DNA of 64,000 nucleotides from Paraphysomonas bandaiensis (Eukaryota; Protista; Chrysophyceae): NCBI GenBank assembly GCA_965644295.1, contig CBFFRP010000352.1, positions 62,001 to 126,000 of the forward strand, read 5' to 3'. Shown piece by piece: positions 52,101 to 64,000 of this stretch (position 1 is its first letter; each line of letters starts with the position of its first letter). The notes under the pieces were generated by a model. It saw only the letters and a program-made list of their open reading frames with translations, ran no database searches and was not told where the DNA came from. The position numbers and the translations under genes were made by a program.

Positions 52101-55100
52101 ATGTAGAGTTCCTGTTTTCTAATTTCAGCGACAACAGAGCTGATGGTCTAGGCGGTGTTGTGTATGATGAAAAATATGGTTCTTATTCTTATGTTGGTTG
52201 CAATTTTAGTAGAAATAATGCCATGGGAGGTGCCGCAATGTATGGAACGAAGGGTTCTACAGTGTTTTTCGAATCTAGCATTTTGGAATCCAATTCGGCG
52301 TCGGATTATGCTCTAGGTGGTGCAGTCCTTTTGGAGAATCCTATCTCTCTTGACGTGCGCAACTCAGTATTTGTTAACTCCACAGGAGGTGTGGGTGGGG
52401 CTATTCACGTGGAGGGTCTGGATACGAGCGTGACGTCCAGCGTGCTGGGCGATACCAGCAATACCGTTGGTGATACCGTGCTTCAACTACCACGTGCACT
52501 GCCATCTCAATCTGAGAGTAGTCCGATATCTATACGCCGCTCGACTTTTATCGACAGCAGGTTTGTTGATGCACTTTCTCCAGGATTCAATTACGATGAT
52601 ACAAGACAGAGCTGTGTGGACTCGTGGAAAAAAGGAAATGGTGGAGCCATTGCCTTTGTAGGAATCCCGGTAGAATCTGTGATTCAGAGTAGCTACTTTA
52701 AAGGTAATGAGGGATGTCATGGAGCGGGACTCTTCGCCTCCTTAAGTAAAACTTTAGTGAATGATACTGTATTTGAAAAGAATGTCGCTCTACTTGCCGG
52801 TGGCGGTATATATTGGGAGATTGAAGACAACGACCCCAGTGTTTCTATGGTGACTACGCTCAATACACTAGACGTGCAGAATTCAGCGGACTATGGCACA
52901 CTTGCAGCAACGAATAGTCATAGACTCAGTACGTTGGGTACAGGAACTCAGTCATCTGGGGAAGTTCTCAATTCTCCGTTCGTTATTAGTATTGAGGTAT
53001 ACCTAGTGCTGCGTTGACTATCTCATTTTTTATACGTATAAATGTAGGATTATTATAACCAGACCATTGTCACGGATAACAAGACTGTAATGATTGCCAT
53101 CAGTCGAGATGAGTCTGTTGTAAGTGGAAGCACAATAGAATTGGCTCACAAAGGAGTTGTATGTTTTGATGAGCTAAAAATAACTGGTCAAATCGGTGGC
53201 TCTGCTACTATCGCATTTGCATCCCTGACCGGAAGTGATGCTATCATGTATGTTTTTCAGTTTCGGTCGTGTGTTGTTGGTGAAATATATCAGAGTGCTG
53301 GAAAAGGGTCATTCAATGAAGATGATGATCAAGAGCTATCGACATGCTATAAATGCCCATCTGGGACTTATGCGCTCAGATCCACGAGCACAATATGCAA
53401 GCCTTGTCCAGATTTTGCTACTTGTCCTGGAGGAAATGTCATCATTGTAGATGAGGGATATTGGAGGTCAGATAATGAATCTGCGGATATCTTAGAATGC
53501 CGAGGAACATCTGCAAAGGCATGTGTGGGAGGAGGTGATGGGGGAAATGTGTGCTCCATTGGTAACACCGGTCCTTACTGTGCGGTCTGCGAAGATGAAT
53601 ATACCAAACAAGTAGATGGTACTTGCAACCAGTGCGCATCACAACAGATGAGTGATTTCGTATTAGCTATGCTTATATGTATACCCATAGTCATTATATT
53701 TGTTGTCGGTGTCCTGTACATTATGCGGGATAAAATTCGAGAGAAATTTGGTGAATTCTACGAGACTGTTCAGGAAAAAATGGAAACTCAAGGGTCTAAG
53801 CTAAAAATACTGTTCGCGTTTGTCCAGATCCTGTCTCAGTTTCCTGGTGTTCTAGGCACTCCTCCTGTCCCTGTATACTCAACGCTCTCCAGCTACCTCG
53901 GTGTTGTATCTTTCGATTTCTTGGACTACTTTAAGCTTGACTGCGAGTACAAAATCAACTTCTACAACAAACTTGTGTTTGTAACGATGCTCCCTATTTT
54001 CATAACTCCTTTTCTATTTGCGTATTTTTACATGAAGCACTTCATTTCGAAACGTTTAAATGCAAATAATCCAGATTTTACCATGTGGGACGCGAAAAGA
54101 CAGTCGACTTATTGGTTTTTGGCTATGATATTTGCGATATTCTCTCCAGCATCTACTGTCATCCTTCAAACGTTTGTGTGTGAGAGATTTGATGACGGGT
54201 CTGTCAAAATGGCGGCCGACTACAGCTTGAATTGTCAAACGTCAGAGTATCGTAAGTATGTGTCATTCGCCTCGGTGATGATACTGGTCTATCCAATAGG
54301 TATTCCTTTACTTTACCTTACGCTCCTTCATCGTAATCTCAAGAAAGTAAATCCTCCCACGAAGGCTGTCGTCAAAGATTCAGAGAGGCACATCGTAAGC
54401 GCAAAAATTATTCAGCTGGAAAAGCTCAACCTACGCAACAACGATGAGTCAATATCGCACTTGTCTTTCTTGTTCGAGAGTTATCGCCCTGGTGCATGGT
54501 ATTTTGAAGTCATTGAGTGTATGCGCCGCTTGCTTTTGACAGCGGTGCCTAGCCTCATCCTCAAGGGGACAGCAGTACAAACAATCATTATACTGATATT
54601 TAGTTTATGCTTCACAGGGTTGTACGCTGAGTTAAAACCCTTTGTTGTGCCAAGTGATTCCTTAGTGGCACTTATATCTGAGTGGGGGGTGACATTGACT
54701 TTGTTGCTGGGACTTGTGTTGCGCGTTGGTGAGCAGGAAGACAGCGTCGATAGTCAGGGTGCAACTATAGTTGGAATTGTAATGGTGGCTGTGAACCTTG
54801 GGATAGTGTTTTTCACGTGTTACACATCAGTGTACAACGATGATGACAAGCACTCTGCAGCGTTATCAAAGTTCAAGGAATCGAAAGCTAAGAAGAAACG
54901 CTCAAGTACTTCATCATTGGAGAAGCGGTCTTCGAGGGTGAACAATTTATTTGTACGCTTTTCTAATAGTATGAAAAGGTTTAGCGCGAACAATGAAAAT
55001 ACGACGAACACAACGCCACAGTCTGCGACTGTTCACAGTCCGTTTTCAAGTAGCATTGAGATGTCCTCACAAGAAAGGCCCAAGACAACACTTTCTTCTG

Positions 55101-55351
55101 ACAATCTTCGGGCCCGAATACAGCAACGGATTGCTGAACAGAACACCTCTGTTGAAAAGGATTCGGACGATGACTCGGATTCGGATGATGATGGTTTCTC
55201 TCCGCGACAATCCTCTACAACAGTAAGAACAGGATCTATCGGTTTTAGAACTTCTTCCTCGCCACGGAAAGGCAACCAAAGGCCGTCCACGATATCACTT
55301 GCTTCTCCCAACACTTCGTCAAGACGAACGTCGAATGATTTTGTCACATAA
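49175..55351 (+). CDS. Large cell-surface protein: signal peptide, PMP-type GGA(I/L/V) beta-helix repeats, Cys-rich ectodomain, about 7-8 TM helices, Ser-rich tail
   Basis: Many F..N.A..GGAI repeats in ORFs 49154-51388 and 51452-53017; CYKCPSGTY...CPGG..I.VDEGYWR...C..GNTGPYCAVC; KLKILFAFVQI, DYSLNC, YPIGIP, LFESYRP..WYFEVIE..RRL. 3 introns. Confidence 0.85.
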
Positions 55352-55730
55352 GAATATGGATACTCTTTCGGTTGCATCGCCACCCTCCAAATCAAATAGT
55401 GTTCGATTTCAATCCAACACTCATAAATCAGTCGCCGAAACGCAGTGCGGCGAGAACTGAATGGTCATCAATCAGTTGACTCAATATTAAAGGAAATTGA
55501 ACTCTAGCTTGTCAGATATATTCTTGTATATTGTATTACCGTATGATATTAAAAATATAGATAGTATGTTGAGCATGTTGAGCTTTTTGTGTTAACGTTA
55601 TAAATAATTAGAAGTTTTTGTAGTAAGATGTAGTACATAGTTTCAAGGGACCAGAACAGCATGTAATTGCACAGTATTGCTGTGTCCTGAAGTCGACAAT
55701 ACAATCCAAGATTCGTAAGGATAGTATAAG

Positions 55731-56950
55731 ATATATATTGAATGTCTGATTATTAAGAAGCGCAAGCTTGTACGTTGCCGCAACCAACCTAACAACTCGC
55801 GCGACACTAAGCATAACATGACTCTCATCTAGTTAATACTGCATGCACCGACAAATGCTCAACTATACAACACGATTTAGTTAGCTACAGGGGCATACGA
55901 TGAGTTGCGTGTTTAAGCCGGATCATACGCTCCTGTCCAATCTACTTGTCCTAACACAAACAAATTGCGGTCGGTGTCTTCGGTATATGTCTCCTGTATA
56001 TGCGGTAGATCTTTAGGGCCTTCTTCAAGGTGGTGTTCACAGCAGCAGGTAGTCTGCAGGGGAGAATAGAGTAGCTCTAGCGCCGGGTCATCCCACGGGC
56101 ACGAAGCGGTCTCACTGCTGGTGCAATTTTGCACACTGACGCATGAAACAGACATCTACCAAAATCTGTTACAAATTCAATCTGACTCCAATGTCTTCCC
56201 TCCATTGTGTGCACTCGTCCAGCAGCACATGCATCCACCTTGCACTCTTCTCTCCGAGTGACTTACAATAGTAGGAAACCATGCACCTTCCCCGCTCGGA
56301 TGAAAACCTACTATAAGAAAGAATAACATAAAAGCACCACGAATGTACCTGACACTGCTTGGAGAACAGTGCCAGAGCCTTGTTATAACCACAATGACCT
56401 GGGTCAGTAGAAACCACAAGACTAGACAGTAGACGTGTGGGAAGACATAACAGGTCTAATCACATCATTGTCATTGCCATTGAGGAAAATTTTGACGCAT
56501 TACCTCGGCCATTGGCCACACAGATACCGAATAATGTGAACTCATACTCAGCATCAATCACTCAAAGCTAACGCAGTGAGCAAGCAGAATGTTGATATAT
56601 ACCTGACATCTGCAGACTTCAGGGTTGTTGAGTCCTTAAGGTGAACATCCCGGATGCTTAGCTTCAGCAGGCAGCCCAATACCCCGGTTACCCTTCAGGT
56701 GGGCCCTGTCCGGGTGCCCTTGAAGTGGGCTCATTCCCGAATGCCTGTTTATTCGTCAGGGCCCAAAGACGTCTACACAAGTGACACTTATTGGTGTCCC
56801 TTGTACCACACAAGCATTCGGCTATATGCGTGGGCAGAAGAATATCTGCTGACTATGTTTGCGGCTCACGTTAGTTTCCCGGAGAAATATTTCTGGTACT
56901 TATCCCCCAGAACACCACGAAAAGGTGCGAGTCCGACTTTGTTGAGGGTA
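55731..56950 (-). mobile_element. A/B family copy: degenerate A end, about 770-bp unrelated filler, near-intact B module (56557-56950)
   Basis: ATATATATTGAATGTCTGATTATT matches 26715-26739; GCTTGTACGTTGCCGCAA matches the A core; B module nearly identical to 37367-37743. Confidence 0.65.
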
Positions 56951-57695
56951 GTCAAGCTAGATAAGCATCTCATATTTACTAACTAGTGTAAACTCTTATA
57001 TCCTACTATTTAACGTTACGAGAATTGCTTGTGCGTCATCGCAAGCATCAAGGTGCGACCATTATCGCTATATGATAGATGTGTATATGTAGGGACGTTG
57101 TACAACAAGTGACAGCATGACAAGTGACAGCAGTGATCTAAGTCAACTACTACCACACTGGCACGCTAAAGGCTAAACATACATTTTGTGCAATTTGCAT
57201 CTGGGGCTGCTTTATGTGCCTCACAGCAACCAGGGGAAGCAGCAATACACCCTTCTGATTTTGGTGATCTCGTGGCCTGCCCATAGGCATTGTGTCAAGT
57301 GGCTCGGAGGTATGTGGATAGAGGTCTTCTTGCAAAAGGTGTTGATCTGCAGACAGTGAAAAAACGTTGGAGTCGACTCTTCTGCTGTCTTAGCCATATG
57401 GAGGAGTGTGTGTAGTAGGACACCAGTGAAATACGCAAATTTTCTGGTGTATCCAGCAACAGGGAGTCGAGTGGAAGTGTGATGGTACAAGAGAGGCAAC
57501 ATCTGATTGAGGAATGTGGGACTGCGCAACCGCACTAGGGTCACCAAGGTCAAGTACTCTGATGGAGCTATGCACGAGATGAACATGGTTGTGAGGAGAG
57601 AGACTCAGATGCCCTTAGTGTCTATGTTAGTGCAGGGGGGTTAGTTTACCTGAGAAATATCTCCGGTACTTATCCCCCAGAACTTTCGTTGAGGG
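56951..57695 (-). mobile_element. Second A/B family copy in head-to-tail tandem, with internal sequence homologous to 27031-27500
   Basis: Truncated A (GTCAAGCTAGATA...CAAGGTGCGACCA), shared TCGCTATATGATAGAT (27002 and 57065), shared internal block, and B tip GGTACTTATCCCCCAGAAC...TTGAGGG. Confidence 0.75.
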
Positions 57696-58332
57696 AGATA
57701 CAACAGAATTTAACAATACTTAATAGAGGTATTATGTCTAAAATAATCTTGAAATTTTGTACTATTCTTACTCAATATTGCCTGTGTAAATCGAAGAGGT
57801 GCTGAAACTAACATTTTAATCAGATTTTCTTATGAAACTAGCATACCGAGTCGGGTCAATATGAATCAAGATTTTCAGCGGTTTCTATGTGAATATTAAA
57901 TGATGTTGGTGATTTATTTATTTAGTTCATCTAGTCAGACGACTGAAACATCTCTTGGGTGATCGATGGTAATATGGGCAGAAACTAATCAAGCAATGCA
58001 TATTTAAGCAGATTTATTTGTAGGAAAAATCAACTATCAAGTGTGCTATCTAGCCTGTCGGTATTAAAGTTTATAAACGAATTGCATTGGAGAAATGAGT
58101 TTTCCAGAGCGAAAGACTGTATAGGTAAGAGTGAACTAATGATACAGCTCTTTTACTCTGTACAACAGAATGTGATGCTCATGAGTAGTTATCACACTTT
58201 ACTTTCTTGAGCTCAAGTGCTTCCAAAAACGAGAATATTATACAAAACCTTCTATGCGCACATAAAATGACTGCGTATGAAAAAAAACACTATAAATTCC
58301 CTATGATAAATGAGAGTACAAGAAGTATATAT

Positions 58333-60284
58333 CTACTTCTTCCTTTTCTTAGAAGGGGGTTTCGAAGAAGACGATCGTAAACCAAAAGTTTTTCGATGAG
58401 ACCCATCATTTCTTTGGCTACGCAAAACCTTTGGCTGTACATAAAAAACATCACAACACAATAAGGTGCTGTATCAAACAACTCACCGACGGCTGGGAGA
58501 GATCTCCCAGGCATATCTCACATTTAATGCTCCCTGGGGCGTTGTGATACGTGCAAGACGGACAAGGGAGTACATCTTCAGGTGCAGATTCTTCTTGTCT
58601 AGCCGTGACACCCATTAACTCATTCTCTTCAGCGACACTGCAGTCTTTATTTACTGAGAGTTTTCCAACTTCAAGACGACGGGAGGACTCGGGGGGGATG
58701 GAGGTGGGTACTCTTCCGGCGAGAGAGGATGCGATGTCGTAGCTTGAGTCGATGTTATATACAGATGTCCTTCCATAACCTATTTGACGTTGACTCTCCT
58801 CCTCGGAGTTATAAGGAGAATCTTCCACTATACTCTCAATGGGACGCACACCGCTAACACAACCACCATCATTACTTTGAATGTACCCCGTAGAACTGCA
58901 GGTGTAAGAATCCGTTACAAGAGTGCGTCCTATGCACTCTTCGTCATCATTGGATAATTTCAATATTCCTTTTTCATCAAAAGACTTTTCGCTCTTAAAG
59001 TTATCCACCTCTCCACTCGTATCATTTGCATCTTCCCCCTCTATCCGGTCAGAAAATATGTCTTTCAACTGAGGCGGAACGGCGAACTGGCCCACCGCTG
59101 TCGAGGTATTGAAGAAAAAAAATCGCCCTACCACACTGCTGTAACATACCTCCCAATCGCCATATACTTGCGTACGCTTCTGCTCAGACACCTTGTCGGC
59201 TGGTTGGGTTAATGACAACTGCAATGAGCTGACTCCACTCTCTTGACTACACGACAGCTCCTCAATGAGAGGAAGAGATGAAGTATCGGATTTGTTGGCG
59301 TTCCTAGAGGCTGCCATATGCTGCTTAGCTTTCTGTAGGTAGATGTAAATAGCAGTGTAAAGAACCAAAGTGTTTAACCTTAAGAAGGTCCGCGAATCCG
59401 TTATTGGCCACATTAGGTACCTACACGTAGTGACTGTCAACAGGATTCTATATAAACCATGATGGATTGTAAGTACCTTTCCTTTGCTTATATCAGCTAC
59501 GATTCTAGCCGATTTCTTAGCCATATGGGTGCTGGCTTTGATTGCGTCCTCCCGCTTATGAACCTCCCGAACAATTTGTCCCAAAGTCATTGGGTTAGGA
59601 GATGACAACTGGGCATTGTGTATATGAACGAACTCTCTATGTCGCCATGCTAATTGTTCTTTGTCGCCGTCAGTGCTAAGTTTAACTGAACAACCCTCGG
59701 TTAGAGTAGCAAGCGCTCTTTTCAGCTGATCTTTCCTATCAATCGTATCAGCAATTAAATTGGCTAAATTAAGATTCTCACTTACGTCTGACCATGAGCT
59801 ATTATTTGAGGTTTACTTTTTTTAGGGACTTTATCCATCTCACCTGTCGTTCGGGAGCGGCGAGACCTTACCTCGCTATTCGTGGTACAATCACGCACCC
59901 CTTTAGTGATATCGAGTAACGTCGATCTGGCCGCTTGAAAACTTCTGACAATATCAGCAAGGACGCTGACATTGCTGAGGTCTTTGGTCCCACATTTTTT
60001 CCGACATGACGGACACTCATCAGATGTAGTGGGGTTTATTCTGTAACGCTGACGTAAGATACAAACATAAGATCGTAATTCATCACACACGTTTTATCGA
60101 GATGTTTCCTGATACACTCACTGCAGAACACATGACCGCATAAGAGGGTGTGTGGATTTCTGAAGAAGTCACCGCACACGAGGCATCTCATTGCGTTTTC
60201 CATATCACAGAGATGCTTTCCAACACCTGCTTTAGGCCACTGCCACTCACCTTCTACATCATCGTGATTATCAGTGAACATCAT
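58333..60284 (-). CDS. RAD18: RAD18-like RING E3 ligase with SAP, WW and RanBP2/NZF zinc finger
   Basis: C3HC4 RING CLVCGDFF...CGHVFCSECIR...CPSC; Rad18-type SAP and following helix (KDQLKRAL...LSTDGDKEQLAWRHREFVHIHNAQ); WW-like GDWEVCYSSVVGRFFFFNTST; CPSCTYHNAPGSIKCEIC; C-terminal NLS PPSKKRKK*. Confidence 0.75.
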
Positions 60285-60799
60285 GTACAGCTACACGTCA
60301 CTGTTATTGGCCTGTTATAGGGAGGAGGGGTACAGCGGACACGGATAAGCGGGCTGTTAAATGAAGCCAATGATGAGAACTCAGTCACAAGCTCAGCATG
60401 GTATGAATACCGTGTATAGGGTGGTATACACTCCACACTTGGGCTGGTTTTGAATTTTTGAAAATACAGGATCGAAATCGGTAAGATTGGGAAAAACAGG
60501 CTACATACTGCACCTGATATCCATTGCGACAGTATACGTATATGGAATACTGGAATACCAAATACGACGTAGAGAAGTACTATGAAGTGAGGTGCGATGA
60601 GAGAGACGTACGTACTCATACATGTATGTATCTGGGATACTTCTGCTCTGCAGTCGTGTTGGCTATTATGGGGGATTATCGAGTAGTGAACATGGAGGGC
60701 ATTGTATGACGTATACAGACTAATAAAAACACCACAGATTAATCCGTGGTAGAGGGAATCAGAGAACAAGTGCATTTATAATGTCTTCGCTCATATGAA

Positions 60800-62316
60800 A
60801 TGGAAAGCAAAGAGAGTAATAAGCGTCGGGAGAACTCGAATAGTGTACGTCTTGCTGACGTGAAAGAAACACGCACTTATCGTCTGCGCTTGGAACAACA
60901 TGATTTCAATGATCGGTGCGTCTCTCGCAGTTCCGTTCTACCATCAATACCATCTATTCAGCCCAATCGGGCTAAACGTACTTTAGGAAGGCAAAGTAGC
61001 AAGGATGATATAGATATATGCCGAACACGTAAGACAAACAACCACAATGATGACATTTTGGAGAATGTTTCAGTGGATGATCATGCTTTCAATAAATCTT
61101 CCAAGTTGCCAACGTTAAATGGAAATGCTGATTTAGTTTTTTCTGGCCCTTGCCTCGTGTGGAAGCGGGACTTTCGTTGTGATATTGCCATATTCGAACA
61201 TGCAGACTTACATATATATGAAGTAATTCCTATTGATCTCGATAAAAAGAAAGAGTTGAATCGCATTTATCTCAGTATAATTGACGTAAACGCTGTTATC
61301 GAGGAGTCTATCGATGTCGCTAAACTAAGGAAGCAAGAAATTAAACGGCGAGAATACATCAAAGAAGCCAGGAGAAATTGTGCGGTTGATTTGATTGTGT
61401 CATCCTTGACAGTGGAAACAGAACATGTGGATGCCATCAGCAGTCGAACTAAAATTTCCTGTTGGCAATACAATCGTAAGTTATATTTTCCTAATGCACG
61501 ATTATTCTTAAGAAGTTGTGTGCAGCTGCCATAAGTAAGCGAGTAGATATTACAGTCCCAAAACCCCAGTTGCTTATTCCGGCCAAATACACCCACAAGT
61601 TCCGTAACGCTATTCGGTACGGCAATCGGTGTAGATATTTGTGTCGTGTGTTCTGTTTGTGCAATGGTATATGCAACTTATATATTACTTTCGTAGGAGA
61701 CGACATGTAGAAACTGTGTTACAAGACCTTGAGGACAGCAAGGGTTCTCTTTGTGCCCTTTCTGATACTGCCGAAAAGCATTGTAACGGCGTAAGTGAAG
61801 CCCTCCAGGAGGCAGAGAGAAGTGCTACATCTAGTGTCTCATCCATTTCAGAAACCGTGAACCCGCGCTGGGTAGTGTGGCGTGTCAAGTGGCAGTGGGC
61901 TATTCGTCAGGTCATTCTTAAGAACAGGATTGCAAGGTGCATCGGCTCTGCTTGGGCGAGGTACCAGTCATTCAATATTATTCTTTACTACATTTTGTGT
62001 CCTCCAGACTGCGTTCGTGCACTAACTTTATCCCCATAGGGCCATCTACGTCCGCCAGAATGAGGATGCCAAAGTGGTAAAAGCATCACTTGTGGAGTCG
62101 CAATTTGAAAGAGTTCAGAAAGAGGGGAAATTTCGTAAAAATGCTCCTAAGGAGCGTACGTATTTCTCAGATGCTGCATGTCTTGGTGACCTGTTTGACA
62201 AAATGAAAAAGGGTGCTAATGGAAAGTTACCTCAGAAGCGCTGTTATGCGAGAAATTCCCCTGATACTTTACCCTTTCAATTTACCGCTGGTAAACAACG
62301 TATTTCAATTAAGTAG
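60800..62316 (+). CDS. Hypothetical multi-exon protein
   Basis: ORFs 60800-61534, 61641-62039 and 62074-62316 are linkable by GT-AG introns. No domain recognised. Confidence 0.6.
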
Positions 62317-62771
62317 TTTTTTTCAGTTCGCTACCAGCACTACCGTGATTTGGGCGACATTGCTGAATGTCCAAATCGGGGTCATTGGTATTTGATGTAT
62401 ATTTCCGTACTATGCCGTCTAACTGCAGTTTCACAATAGCAGTGCGAAGTAAATCGTATTGCTTTTAATATGAGCAATGCATAGATTGCAGTAAAGATTG
62501 CACCATGCTTATATGTAAACATTTCATAATGTTTTGCGATTGCATAATGTATGTATCGAGTAATAAGAAGAATATGTATAACATAATAATTTCAAACGAC
62601 GGCGATTAACAGAGTCGCGATTTATTAACATTCATCATAATGTCTAGTTTTTCTGTTTGAGAGCAATTAAGGGCTGAAGTTCAAAGGTATTTGAAATATG
62701 ACTGTTAATAGAAGAATACAGAAGTGGTTAACTGCATATAAGAACTAAGAAAGTCATTACAGAAATCATAG

Positions 62772-63175
62772 GGGATATATTATTCAACCTAGTCAATTTG
62801 GTGGAATTTCCTAGTCATTCCATTTTCGGTGTAAAAACCTAGTCAAAGCCATAAATGACTCAACCTAGCCAATTATAGTATTAAACCTAGTCGTTCTTAT
62901 GTCCATTGATTACACATTGCGACTGTCTAAGATATGCGCACACACCACACAACATATTGATGGCTCGTAGAGCATCACAACAAACATAACAATTCGTTCA
63001 TATCTACATAACAGTGTATGTGTATGTATATGCAGCATATCTGTATAGCTTATTAGTGTACGATGGGTCTCTTATTAGCGTTATGAGGAAGAGGAGTGGT
63101 CAGTGTAGCTGTGCTGTGGACATACCCCCATGAATATACGTACCACCAAATTGACTAGGTCGAAAAATAGATCCC
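62772..63175. mobile_element. Mutator (MULE)-type MITE, 404 bp
   Basis: 33-bp TIRs GGGATATATTATTCAACCTAGTCAATTTGGTGG (62772-62804) and CCACCAAATTGACTAGGTCGAAAAATAGATCCC (63143-63175) with 3 mismatches; perfect 9-bp TSD AAATCATAG (62763-62771, 63176-63184). Confidence 0.88.
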
Positions 63176-63647
63176 AAATCATAGCAGTGAACCTGAAATA
63201 TATAATACATTGACCGTATAAGATCGCGATATATCTAAGATGGTATGGAAATGATTGGTAGTTAAGACAACATGAATTTAGCGATTGACAGTGAATGATA
63301 AGTGATGTTGATCATATTTTACTATGGTTTTACTAATTTATAATCTCAGCATAGAGTGAAAGTCTTGTTCAGTTATGTGAATTTCTAACTTTCAACACAT
63401 CAAATAATCTACAAAATATTAAAACCAGAATGTTGTCATCTTTCCACTAACACCTGAAATATATGTACAATACACTTGTAGCTACAACGGTTCAGTGAAA
63501 TCACGTTTGGATTGGACTACAATAGGGAGGTCAGCCCGCTTATATGAATCTACATTATCTGAAACGCAAACACCAAGACGAATCGAGGTCGTTTGAGAAA
63601 AGTTGTCTGCCTTGTGAATATTATAGTACACACTACTACGTCCTACA

Positions 63648-64000
63648 TTACAAGTCTTGTTTCCATGGCTTTCCAGGTTCAGGGTAATCTTTAACTAGCT
63701 GTCTGGTGAACGTATGACTTATAGCAGAAACAGCATATTTCGAGAGCAGATCATAATAAAGCCTCGAAAAATCGACAGCTGGTTCCATATCCGTCGTTGT
63801 GTATCTCTTTCTGTATAATTTCAAAGCGGTGTCAATATTACCAGATTTATTTGGTGCATGAATTGCATAGAATTGTCTTAAAGCAGCCACATAGTGGCTA
63901 TGGACATTTTCGGTCTCAATACACATACAGTGCTTGTCCTGAAATTCCTGATAATCTTCTAATCCAGAAGTAATTGCTCCCAAGTAAAGCGTTTCAGAAG
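63648..64000 (-). CDS. 3' end of a hypothetical protein (5' part outside window)
   Basis: Open frame to stop at 63648; contains LRQFYAIHAPNK..NIDTALKLY...LLSKY, a small helical motif I associate with stramenopile proteins. Confidence 0.6.
   Translation of the reverse strand, partial: SETLYLGAITSGLEDYQEFQDKHCMCIETENVHSHYVAALRQFYAIHAPNKSGNIDTALKLYRKRYTTTDMEPAVDFSRLYYDLLSKYAVSAISHTFTRQLVKDYPEPGKPWKQDL

Noticed and set aside
56745-56770. Hammerhead-like CTGACGA in the B module (minus strand)
   Set aside because: Other copies read TTGACGA, and no suitably placed GAAA or stem II/III could be found.
56654-56986. 110-aa plus-strand ORF
   Set aside because: Lies within the B repeat, and other copies have frame-breaking indels, so it is not conserved.

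Overview
Gene-dense eukaryotic DNA of roughly 40% GC with short GT-AG introns (about 45-60 nt). Gene content and protein styles suggest a flagellated stramenopile-type protist; this is an inference. About 17 intron-split protein genes are supported: a PH-domain protein, a CBM20-trehalose-6-P synthase/phosphatase, a tandem-PX protein, a TTC13/SRFR1-like TPR protein, a GTF3C2/Tfc6-like WD40 protein, a degenerate JmjC+TPR protein, a monoacylglycerol-lipase-like hydrolase, a CFAP97-domain protein, Rab1 (missed by the ORF track), an HSDL2-like SDR, a large PMP-repeat multi-TM receptor-like protein, a RAD18-like RING ligase, and several hypotheticals. Most genes sit in head-to-head pairs, and mobile DNA is confined to tail-to-tail or tandem gaps. 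The main feature is a three-level nest. A Ty1/copia element (40121-46920; identical 320-bp TG..TA LTRs; GGCTC TSD) carries, inside its gag zinc knuckle, a 1314-bp internally deleted Crypton-like tyrosine-recombinase element bounded by 7-bp direct repeats. The copia itself sits inside a copy of an unclassified dispersed family (at least 9 copies) built from two conserved end modules joined directly or around variable cargo; 12-bp TSDs suggest non-LTR/TPRT mobility. A Mutator-type MITE with a 9-bp TSD and a second TIR relic are also present. Exon boundaries were read by eye and are approximate. No rRNA, tRNA or CRISPR array was seen.
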